A program made the translations under genes and the position numbers. A stretch of 64,000 nt of DNA from Neovahlkampfia damariscottae (lineage: Eukaryota): the NCBI GenBank assembly GCA_016618085.1, contig JABLTG010000014.1:62001-126000 (forward strand). Reading direction: 5' to 3'. Position 1 is the stretch's first letter; each line of letters begins with the position of its first letter. Shown piece after piece: positions 11,553-22,641 of the stretch. The notes beneath the pieces were generated by a model, which was given only the letters and a program-made list of their open reading frames with translations, did not search any database and was not told the origin of the DNA.

Positions 11553-14500
11553 ATGGAGAAAGAAGAAGAAACAAAACTACAAGAGAGTCCAGAAAGTGGA
11601 GCTTTTCCACTCTTTCTTTTGACTTTTGACTGGATTACACCTCTCATGTGGAAAGGTTTTTGGAAATCTTTAGATGAAGAAGACTTGTTTGACTTACAAA
11701 AAAAAGATAAAGTAAAAAATGAAATTGAATTCTAATTTTCGTTAAAGGCTGTTAGAATATCCAAAAAACTTGAAGAACAATGGAATAGCGTTAAAAATTC
11801 ACGTTTTGCTTTAACTTTTGCTTTAATTAAAACATTTGGTTTGCGCTTCATTTTTGCTGGTTTATTGAAATTAATAATGGATATTTGTAACTTATGTCAA
11901 CCATTGATATTGAGAGAAATTTTAGCTTTTTTAGCAGAACCAAGAATGAAGTTGGAAATTGGGTAAACAGAAATAATTTTTTAATTTTCAAAGAATGTAT
12001 TGGATTATATTACTTTTTGGAATAAACGTACTAAGTTCAGTTATTGGAAATCAATATTTTCATATTGTCTTAAATATTGGTAAAACACAGTTTTTGGATT
12101 TAACAAAAATCAGGGATGAGAATTAGAACTGGATTAACAACTGTTATTTATAGAAAAGCATTAAAATTATCAAATTCAGCAAGACAGAGAAGAACAACAG
12201 GAGAAATAAGTAAAACAAAATATTAAACTGATTGAAATAGCCAATTTAATGTCAATTGATGTTCAAAAGATTTCACAAACTTTAACATATTTACACATGG
12301 TAACTTGAAAAAAAAAAACATTAATAATTAGATTTGGTCTGGTCTTTTTCAAATCATTTTTTGTTTAGTTTCACTTTTTGTACTAATTGGATGGGTCACA
12401 ATAGCAGGAGGTATATTTTATTTATTTCTTAAAATCTAGTTTTTGTAATGTTTTTGTTAATTCCAATTCAAGGTGTTTCAACTAGAATTGTCCAAAAATT
12501 GAGAAAATTGGTTTTGAAATATACAGATGAAAGAGTTAAAACAGTTAATGAAATTTTACAAGGAATTAGAATTATCAAATTTTTTACATGGGAATCACCT
12601 TTTATGAAAAAAATTGCAAATATTAGAAAAAGTGAAGTTTGGCAATTTATCAAAACAGCTCTTTTTGGAGGTGTTTTAAGTGCAATTATGACTTCTTCAC
12701 CTATTATGGTTTCTGTTTCTACATTTTTATTATATGCTCTGATGGGAAATCAATTAGTAATTCAAATTATTATTGTAACTGAAATTAATAGGTACCTGCT
12801 ATTGTATTTCCTTCATTAGCTTATTTCAATTTATTAAGATTTCCATTGACATTTTTCCCAATGATTATTGGATGGATTGTTGATTGTAGTGTTTCAATTG
12901 GAAGAATTCAAGATTATCTTCAAGATGGAGAATTAGAAAAATATCCATCAGGAGAAGATGAAGAGTATCCAGTTAAAGTCGATGATGCAAATTTTGAATG
13001 GGGTTCAATTGATACAAACAAAGAAGAAAAAGGAGAAAAAGAAACAGTTCACTTAGTTGATGATGTTGAAGTACCTGAACAAGTTGAAGATACTACAGGA
13101 AAATTATTAGATGTGAACTTTCAAATTCGAAAAGGTGATTTAGTCATTATCGTTGGAACGTATTGAAATAGTTTCATTAATTTATTGTTTAGTGTTGGTT
13201 CTGGAAAATCATCTTTGTTGTTTGGTTTACTAGGTGAAATGAATAAAATTAGTGGTAACGTTGGAATTACTGGATCAATTGCCTATTGTCCACAACAAGC
13301 TTGGATTCAAAATGCAACTGTAAGAGATAATATTACTTTTGGAAATGATTATAAAGAAGAAAAGATGAACAAAATTGTTGATATTTGTGCATTAAAAGAA
13401 GATTTCAAAATATTGGCTGCTGGAGATATGACAGAAATTGGTGAAAGAGGAATCAATCTAAGTGGTGGTCAACGTCAAAGAGTTTCTATTGCAAGAGCTG
13501 TATATACTGACGCGGATATATACCTTTTGGATGATCCATTATCAGCTGTTGGTAAGTTAAAAATATATTAAAAATTGATTAGATGCTCATGTTGGAAAAC
13601 ACATATTTGAGAATTGTATTCAAGGAGAATTAAAAGGAAAAACCAGATTATTAGTTACTCATCAGCTTCAATACTTACCACAAGCTGATTATGTCATTGT
13701 AATGGACCAAGGAAGAATTGTTGAACAAGGAACTTATGAATATCATCAAAAAAATCCAGGTCTTTTAGCGTCAATGATGAAAAAATTTGTTGCTGAAGAA
13801 GGAGAAGGAGAATCAGAAGAAATTATTGAAGAAATTGAGGAAGAAAAAAATGAAGAAAAAGTTATTGAAGTAGTTGAAGAGAAGAAAGAATCTAAAATTA
13901 TTTCAACTGAAGAGAGAGTTCGTGGAGGACTCTCTTTCTATACAATTTGGGGATATATCAAAAGAATGGGTGGAATTCCAATAATCTTTTTACATGCATT
14001 TCTTTTTATTATGGCTCAAGCTTCCTTAGTTTCAGCAGGTAAATTTTAAAAAAAACTAATTTTAGATTGGTGGTTATCCAATTGGTCTTCAGGTACATTC
14101 AATGTAGGTTTAGGAGTTAATTTAGGTGTTTATGTTGCACTTGGTTTTGCTGGAGCTATTTTTGTTTTAATTAGAAATGTTTCATTTTTGATGACAGGAT
14201 TATATGCAGCAACTAGATTACACAATTCAATGTTGAAAAGAATAATGGGAGCTCCAATGAGTTTTTTTGATTCAACACCACTTGGAAGAATTATTTCTCG
14301 TTTTTCAAAAGATCAAGAAGTAGCAGATACTCAGGTATTTTTGTTTAAACATTATTGATTTATTTAGATTATTCCATCAATTCAATCATTTCTTCAAACA
14401 TTATTTCAAGTTATTTCAACATTTATTATTATTGCTTACGTGAATTATTGGTTTATTGTTCCTTTGGTTCCAATTTTAGTTGTGTATGTGATTATTCAAC

Positions 14501-15881
14501 AAATTTATAGAAGAACATCAAGAGAATTGAGGCGTATTGACTCTATCACAAGATCTCCTTTATTTTCACATTTTTCTGAAACTTTAAATGGATTAAGTAC
14601 AATTAGAGCTTATAACAGACAAATTAGTTTTATTAAAACAAACTTTGACAAAGTTGACACAAATCAAAGAGCTAATTATCCTCAACTTGCTGTTCAAAGG
14701 TATTTTATTTTGATTTAATTCTTGTAGATGGTTGGCAGTTAGATTAGAATTTATTGGTGCAATTATTATCTTCATTGCTGCATTATTTGGTGTATTAACA
14801 AAAGGAACATTATCTGCAGGTTTGGTTGGTCTTTCTTTGACTTATGCTCTTCAAATTTCTGGCTCGTTATCTTGGTGTGTTAGACAAGCAACTGAAGCAG
14901 AAAATTCAATGAACGCAATTGAAAGATTAATTCATTATTGTGAAAATATTGAATTAGAATCCACTTTAGACACTCATCCTCCTCAATTATGGCCTCAATT
15001 AGGTGATATTGTTTTCAAAAACTTTCAAATGAGATATCGTCCAGAGCTACCATTAATTTTGAATGGATTAAATCTACATATCAAAGGAGGTGATTCAGTA
15101 GGTGTTGTGGGAAGAACAGGTGCAGGGAAAAGTAGTATGATGCTTGCTTTGGTATGTGAAAAAAAAAAGGATTTTAATTTCATTTAGTTTCGTATGGTTG
15201 AAGGATGCGGAGGATTTATAGAGATTGATGATGTTGATATTTCAACCATCAGTTTACATGATTTAAGAAAGAATATTTCAATCATTCCACAAGAACCAAT
15301 AATGTTTGCAGGAACAGTTCGTAGTAATTTAGATCCATTTGATGAATTTTCTGATGCATTTTTATGGGACTGTTTAGAAAAAGCATATTTGAAAGATACA
15401 ATTGAAGGACTTCCGAATCAATTACAATCAAGTATTATTTATTCATTTCTTCTAATTTTTCAAGATGTTGCTGAAGGTGGTGAAAATTTTTCAGTTGGAC
15501 AACGTCAATTGATGTGTTTGGCAAGAGCATTATGCAAGAATTCAAAGTTATTAATTCTGTAGGATACATTTCAATATTTCTAACTGTTGCTTTAGTGACG
15601 AAGCAACTGCTTCTGTTGATATGGAAACTGATGCATTGATTCAAAAAACTGTAAAAGAACAATTCAAGCATTGTACAAAATTGATTATTGCTCATCGTTT
15701 AAATACCATCATTGACTGTAATAAGATTTTGGTGATGGATAAAGGACAAGTTGGGGAATACGACACACCAAAGAAACTTGTTCAAAAAGAAAATGGATTA
15801 TTTCTTTCAATGCTCAACGAAACAGGAAATGCAAATGCAAATCAATTGAAAAATATTGCTTTAAATCAAAATAAAAAATAA
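11553..15881 (+). CDS. ABC transporter C family (MRP/YCF1-like), 15 mini-introns
   Basis: Two NBDs: [27 protein letters not shown], then [32 protein letters not shown] motifs LTFDWITPL and [10 protein letters not shown]. Confidence 0.95.
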
Positions 15882-16022
15882 AATGATTGCTTCCAAAGTA
15901 CTTTGGAGGGGTTTATCGTCCAATCAAATTTTTTAGAATCTAAAGTCCAATCAAAAAAATTCCCTTTAAAATAAAGAGAATTCATTGGTCATTTCATTCC
16001 GTTAGAAGAAACAAAAAAAAAA

Positions 16023-17575
16023 ATGAAAATCATTCTTGCTGTTTTACTCATCGCTTTCACTTGTGCTTTCGCAAAAGTTCAAGTTGAATGGATTGTCAAA
16101 CATGACTTATCCATCAACAATGGTGTTGCTGATATCTTAGTTCTTATGTCAAATGACGGAAAATTAGATGAACTCCAACACGAAGGAAAATCCCTTGAAG
16201 ATCTTGACTGGAAAACAAAAGGAAGAGTTGTTGTTGCACATAAAATGCAAATTGCTGAAGAACAACAAAAAGAAGTTCTTGCTATGGCTAAAAAACAAGG
16301 TTTAAAAGCTAAATCATACTGGGTTACAAACTGTGTCGCTATTTATGGTGCTACAGAAAAATTCATTGAAATCCTTGCTGAAAGAAATGATATCCGTTTA
16401 ATCATGACAAACCGTGAATTCAAAGTTCCTCTTTTACCAGAAGAACAAGAAGATGTTAGAGCTACTGATAAAAAAGAAAATGTTGAATGGAACGTTAAAT
16501 GGATCAAAGCTGATAAAGTTTGGGAACAAGGTTATGAAGGAAAAGGTATCATTACAGGAAATGCTGAGTTAGTTTTTTTGAAATTGTTAAATTTTTTTAC
16601 AGCACTGGTATCATGTACGAACATGAAGCTCTTGTTAAAAACTACAAAGGAAACAAAAAAGATGGTAAATTCAAACATGATTATCATTGGTTTGATGGTT
16701 TAAAAGATATGACAAACTGTGGTACATGTAAATGTGGTGTTGAAAATCCATGTGATGATCAAGGTCACGGTACTCATTGTATGGGAACAACTTCAGGAGG
16801 TGTTGCTAGAAAAATTGGTGTTGCTCCAAAATCAAAATGGATTGGATGCAGAGCTTTTTCAGATAGAGCTAGAAAAGCTTCACCAGCTACTTTCTTAAAT
16901 TGTTTACAATTTTTTGCTGCTCCAAGTAAACTTGATGGTAGCAAACCAAACCCAGATAAAAGACCACACACAACTTCACATTCATATGGATGTCCATCAT
17001 TCTATTGTCCAAATTCAGAATTCTTAAAAGAAGCTGCTGAAACTCTTAAAAAAGAAGGTGTATTTATGATTGTATCTGCTGGTAACTCAGGTCCAAGATG
17101 TTCAACTGTTAACAGACCACCTGGACATATGGGTAATGTATTCTCAGTTGGTGCTTCAGGAACAAACTCAAATACAAGTACTTTTGAAATATTCAATTAA
17201 CTCTTTTAATTAGTTGCTAGTTTCTCATCAAGAGGTCCTATCACTTTAGATGGCTCAAAAAGAATGAAACCAGAAATTACAGCTCCAGGTGTTGGTGTTT
17301 GGTCATCAGTTATTGGAAACAGATATGCTTCATACTCAGGTACATCAATGGCTAGTCCAGCTGTTAATGGTGCTGTTGCTCTTATCTGGAATGCAGTTCC
17401 TGCTCTCAAAAGAAAAGTTGATGCTACAATTAAAATTATCCAAGATACAGCTACTAAAGTTCCAGTTTCAAACACATGTGAATCAAATGGATCACCAAAC
17501 AATGTTTACGGACATGGTGTTATTGATGTTGAAAAAGCTGTTGCTGCTGCTAAAAAACTCTATGGAAACAAATAA
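16023..17575 (+). CDS. Secreted subtilisin (S8, bacillopeptidase F-like), 2 introns
   Basis: Signal peptide; NA|DTG, DDQGHGTH, SAGNSG, GTSMASP, PNNVYGHG. Confidence 0.93.
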
Positions 17576-17639
17576 AATTTTTTTGAGTTATTTGTTGTCA
17601 ATTTTTTTTTGCCAACCAATCAACTAAATTTCACTTTTG

Positions 17640-18389
17640 ATGACAGCACAAGAAGAAAACGATGAACATTTTTTGAAAGAATTAACAAAAGAAGAAAGAG
17701 GATTAGTTGAACAATTTAAATCAAAATATCAAGATTTAGAAAAACCAAAAGATGATCCTGGGTTTGTGATAAATAATTTGACTTGGATACGTTTTTTAAA
17801 AGCAAGAAAATGGAAATTAAATGATTCAATAGAATTATTTGAAAAGTGGATAAAATTCAGAAAAGAAACAAAACCACATGAAATCAAAAGAGAAATGGTC
17901 TTGAATGAAATAAAATGCGAAAAAGGATATTGGTTCGGACAAGATAAAGAAGGATGTCCTATTATTGTTGTCAAAATATATAATCATGATTCAAATGTTA
18001 GAATATTTCAAGAAAGTATAAATTATGCGCTGTACATGGCTGAAACGGGAATGTCAAGAGCAAAAAAGAACGGAAAATTTCAATATGTAATTTTATATGA
18101 TGCAACTAATGTACAATGGAAAAATATGGATATCGAAGTTTGTAAAGAGTTTTATAAATTTACCGAATTGTATCCTGAAACTTTAAAAAGAATGTATGTA
18201 ATTCAACCTTGCTTTACATTTTCAATACTTTATAAATTATTATCAACTTTAGTAGATTCAAAAACAATGGATAAAATTGTCAGAATTGATAAATTAAATG
18301 ATTTACATCAATACATAGATCCAGAATACATTCAAAAACAATTTGGTGGTGAATCTGATTATATTTATGATCCACAAAGTTATGAATGA
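17640..18389 (+). CDS. CRAL-TRIO / Sec14-like lipid-binding protein
   Basis: RFLKARKW, GQDKEGCPI, YPETLK, IQKQFGG motifs. Confidence 0.9.
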   Translation: MTAQEENDEHFLKELTKEERGLVEQFKSKYQDLEKPKDDPGFVINNLTWIRFLKARKWKLNDSIELFEKWIKFRKETKPHEIKREMVLNEIKCEKGYWFGQDKEGCPIIVVKIYNHDSNVRIFQESINYALYMAETGMSRAKKNGKFQYVILYDATNVQWKNMDIEVCKEFYKFTELYPETLKRMYVIQPCFTFSILYKLLSTLVDSKTMDKIVRIDKLNDLHQYIDPEYIQKQFGGESDYIYDPQSYE

Positions 18390-18484
18390 ATTATTTATTT
18401 AAATAAAAAAAAAAAAAAAGTTGTGTTAAATTTTGTTATTTTTAATTGGTTGGATTTCATTTGTTTAAAGCAGTTCACTTTTTG

Positions 18485-18749
18485 ATGGTTGAATCTGTTC
18501 CTGTAAAAATTTATCAACTTTTAATTAATTCTAAAGGGTGCTCTTATAGCCTATTCAGTTTATAATATAGTTTTATTTTCTTTTATTGCTACTCTCTTAA
18601 TTTTTGCTCGAACTTGTTTAGGTATATTTGGTTATTATATTGAAGAAGAGATTGAAACAAATAAAATAGAAATTCCTATAAAAAAAGAAGAGACTTCAAA
18701 AAATATGGTTGAAGAAATACATTCAAATAAAAAAAAAAAAAAAAAATAA
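18485..18749 (+). CDS. Small single-pass membrane protein (about 76 aa, 1 intron); not in the ORF track
   Basis: MVESVP|GALIAYSVYNIVLFSFIATLLIFARTCLG... after removing a GT..AAG mini-intron; ATTGG 40 nt upstream. Confidence 0.55.
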
Positions 18750-18763
18750 AAAAACTATTTCAT

Positions 18764-19672
18764 TTACATTCCAATAAATTCTTCTTCACTTTCATCATCA
18801 CCATCAACTTCTTTGTTTTGTTCTTTTAATTGTTCAAATAATAAATTCAAAGAATGATCATCTTTTTGTGTAACAGATCTTGGTTCTGCTTTAACTTCTA
18901 ATTTTCCATAATGTTCTCTTAATTCATCAGAAATAACATTAATACAACTTTCTAATAAAGAAATACCAACTTTAACATCATTTGATGAAGTTGTAATAAC
19001 ATAAAGTGGAGGTGCAATAAGTTGTATTTTTAAAGGATGTTCTTTTGTACCCATTTTTTCACCTTCTTTTAAAGCTGATTTAATACCATCAATTCCAGCT
19101 GATCCAAAACATGTAACTTCAATATCTGCTCTTAATTTAACAGCAGGAGGTTTTAAACGGTTTTCAACTTGTTGTAATAATAATTTTTTAACTTCATCAT
19201 TTTTAAATTGAATATCACCAAGTACTTTCTCTGGTTCTTTTATTGAAAGTTTTAAAGCATCATAAGCATGTCCATATTTTTGATATAAAGGCCAAGCAAT
19301 AGTTTGAAGAACATATTCAAAGTCTTGGTCTGTTACTTCTGCTATGTGTCTTAAAATTTGATGTACCGTTTTAGATTTGTTATATTTTGCTTCAGTTGCT
19401 GCAATATCTTCTGGATTTACTCTACGTTTAGATAAATCAATATATCCTTTTTCTTTATCAACTCTTAAAACAATACAAATTTCTTGTTTTCCAACACGAA
19501 TTAATTTTGAAACAGAACGAATACGACGACGTGAAAGTTCGGAAAATTGAATCATACCTTCATGGTTATCATATTCAAGTAATTGAACATAAGCACCCAT
19601 ATCTGCTATTTCTGTTACTTTAACCATGACATAATCATCTACTTCTGGAAATTTGGCTTCATAAAATCTCAT
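18764..19672 (-). CDS. EIF2S1: Translation initiation factor 2 alpha
   Basis: MRFYEAKFPEVDD, SELSRRRIRS (Ser51 loop), KEKGYIDLSKRRV. Confidence 0.97.
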   Translation of the reverse strand: MRFYEAKFPEVDDYVMVKVTEIADMGAYVQLLEYDNHEGMIQFSELSRRRIRSVSKLIRVGKQEICIVLRVDKEKGYIDLSKRRVNPEDIAATEAKYNKSKTVHQILRHIAEVTDQDFEYVLQTIAWPLYQKYGHAYDALKLSIKEPEKVLGDIQFKNDEVKKLLLQQVENRLKPPAVKLRADIEVTCFGSAGIDGIKSALKEGEKMGTKEHPLKIQLIAPPLYVITTSSNDVKVGISLLESCINVISDELREHYGKLEVKAEPRSVTQKDDHSLNLLFEQLKEQNKEVDGDDESEEEFIGM

Positions 19673-19994
19673 ACTTTTTTATTCTCTTCTAACAAAAAAA
19701 TCTACAAGACAATTGGTGGAGTTTTATTCAACCAATAAATACTCTAGGTGCATTTTCCGACTGAACTCAAAATTTTTAGATAAAATATAAATTTAAACGG
19801 TTTAATAATTGGATATCAGAACTAAGAAATAATTTGTTGGATAAAATGTTGGATCCAAATGACAATGTGGCAGTTGAAGAAAATAAAACTAAAATATATA
19901 GATTGATATTTATGTCCAAATTGTAGTTAAGATACTTTTTTAAACAGAAAAACAATTTTAATTCTTCATCCAATCGAATACGTTTATTTTTCTG

Positions 19995-22191
19995 ATGAAG
20001 AAAATTTTGATTGCCAACAGAGGAGAAATAGCATGTCGAGGTAATTCAAAATTAAACTAAATAAAAGTTATAAAAACGTGTCAAAAAATGGGAATTAGAA
20101 CTGTTGCAGTTTATTCAAAAGCAGATGAAAACTCTCCACATGTTTTAATGGCTGAAGAATCTGTTTATATTGGTGAATCAGAATCTTCAAAGTCATACTT
20201 AAATGCTGAAAAAATTATTAAAATTTCTAAAGATTTAAAGTGTGATGGTAAAAAATGACTAGAAAATATTTAACAAATGTTTAAAGGTAAATTTGGAAAA
20301 GAAAATTTAAAAATCCTTAGGAATTCACCCTGGTTATGGTTTTTTATCTGAAAATGCAGACTTTAGTAAAAAATGTGAAGAAGCCAATATTAAATTTATT
20401 GGACCAAAACCACAAAGTATTTCTTCAATTGGTTCAAAAATGGGAGCAAAAATACTTTTAAAAGATCATGGTATTCCATTAATACCTGGATATCATGGCA
20501 CAGATGAAGAAGAATTAAAAAAACAAGCTTCAAAAATTGAACTTCCAATTTTAATTAAAGCATCTGCTGGAGGAGGTGGAAAAGGAATGAGAATTGTAAA
20601 TGATTTGAAAGAATTAAATTCCGGTAAGTTATACATTATTAAATGATAGCTATTGATTCTGCAAAAACTGAAGCTTTGAACTCTTTTGGGGATGACAAAC
20701 TATTAGTTGAAAAATATTTTACAAATGTCAGACATATTGAAGTTCAAATATTTGGAGATGCTTATGGTAATGTTATTCATTTATATGAAAGAGAATGTTC
20801 AATTCAAAGAAGACATCAAAAAATAATTGAAGTTTCAAATTTTAATTTTTTTTTAACACTAAAATAGGAATCACCTAGCATTGCAATTACAGATGAAATT
20901 CGTGAAAAAATATGTAATGTAGCAGTTAAAATTGGTGAAGTCATTAAATATGAAAATGCAGGTAATTTTTAATTGTTAACATTTTTTTTAACACATTTCT
21001 TTATTAAGGAACTGTTGAATTTATTTTTGACGATTTAACTAAAAAATTTTATTTTCTTGAAGTAAATACAAGATTACAAGTTGAACATCCAGTGACTGAA
21101 AACATCACCAATTTAGATTTAGTCAAACTTCAAATTGATATTGCCAATGGAATGTCTTTGAAAGATTATAAAAAACCAAAAATGAAAGGACATTCAATTG
21201 AATGTAGATTATATGCAGAAGATCCTAATAATCAATTTTTTCCATCTCCAGGTAGAATTTTAAAATGGAAACCATATGAAATTGATAATTTAAGATTTGA
21301 TTCTGGTGTAAGAGATAACTCAGAAATTACAGTTTATTATGATCCAATGATTTGTAAAATAATTAGTTTTGGATCAACAAGAGATGAAGCTATTGAAAAA
21401 TTGATTATTGGATTATCAAAAACGATTGTACTTGGAACTATTACAAATAAGAATTTTTTAATTAAAGTATTAAAAAATGAAAATTTTAAAAATGGAAAAT
21501 TTGATACAAACTTTATTTCAAATAATTTATTAGTAGATAAAAGAGAAGAGATTGATTTTGATCCTTGTTTTATTATTGCTACAATGGTTTTTGATTGGAT
21601 TGAAAATAACAAAAATCGAAAAAATTTAAGATTCATTTCATCAGGATTTAGGAATTCACCATATAAATTACAATCAAAACATTATAGATTTAATAATGAT
21701 AGTTTTGAAATTCAATATGAATGGAAAGAAAATAATCAATTTAATGTTGAATTTTTAAAAAAGAAATACGATGTTAAATTATTTGAATTTGAAGATAATT
21801 TATTAAATATTTCAATCAACAATATTAGAAGAAGTTATTTTGTTTTAAAAAATAATAATCAAAGATTTATTCATTGTGATACTTTTGGAGATTGTTTATT
21901 AACAAAATATTCATTACTTGATTCAAAATTGAATGAAAATTCAAAGGATACTGGAAATTTAATTTCAAATGTTCCAGGAAAAGTAAAATATATTTGGAAT
22001 TTTAATTATTTTAGGTTTGGAAAATTTTAAAAAAAACTGGAGATCAAGTCAAAGTTGGTGAAACTTTATTGATTATTGAATCAATGAAAATGGAAAATAA
22101 AAAATTTGCAACAAAAGATGGTATTGTTACTATGCTTGTAAAAGAAGGTAATTTAGTTAATGCAGATACTGTTTTGGCAAAAATTGAATAA
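19995..22191 (+). CDS. Biotin carboxylase / BCCP subunit (MCC-alpha/PCC-alpha/geranyl-CoA carboxylase-like), multiple introns including a tandem pair
   Basis: [61 protein letters not shown] biotin site. Confidence 0.92.
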
Positions 22192-22201
22192 AAAAAAATT
22201 T

Positions 22202-22600
22202 TTATTCATTTTTTTTTATCACTCCATGTTTCTCCAATGAATTTCTAATTTTTTGATCATTTTGTTTTTTTAATTTAAAATATTTATCTGGATCATTTGT
22301 CCAAGATTTTGCTTCCATTGCCACTCTTTCATCTTCACTATTTGTAATTTTTTTTGCACTCTTTTAAAATTAAATTTTTAAAATGATCTTACACCATCAA
22401 TAACCCATTCCTGAAATGCAGGTTGAGTTGTTGCCAACAATATACTCTTTTAAATATTTTAATTCTATTTTAATATTTTTTTTTACAAATGGTACTGAAG
22501 CAATAAAAAAAAATTTAGCCAATTCAAATGCCCATGGTTTTCTCCTCCTAAAAGTACCATAAGAAAGAAGAAATTTATTCCACAATGATTTTTTCAACAT
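22202..22600 (-). CDS. Small membrane protein, PET100-like (2 introns)
   Basis: The spliced product has FELAKFFFIASVPF|SILLATTQPAFQEWVI, which resembles the PET100 LE.F.F....FP pattern, and a charged tail. Confidence 0.5.
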
Positions 22601-22641
22601 TTTCTTCAACAAATGAATATTATTGGATAATTAAAAATAAT

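Noticed and set aside
18404..18420. Poly(A) tracts as retroposition tails (also 18729-18746)
   Set aside because: No TSDs or element bodies; homopolymers are common throughout this AT-rich sequence.
19748..19926. Coding-like plus-strand fragment between eIF2-alpha and the carboxylase
   Set aside because: No start codon or recognisable homology; at most a gene relic.
20962..21008. 47-nt intron as a second compound intron
   Set aside because: It has no internal AG|GT and is too short for two units.
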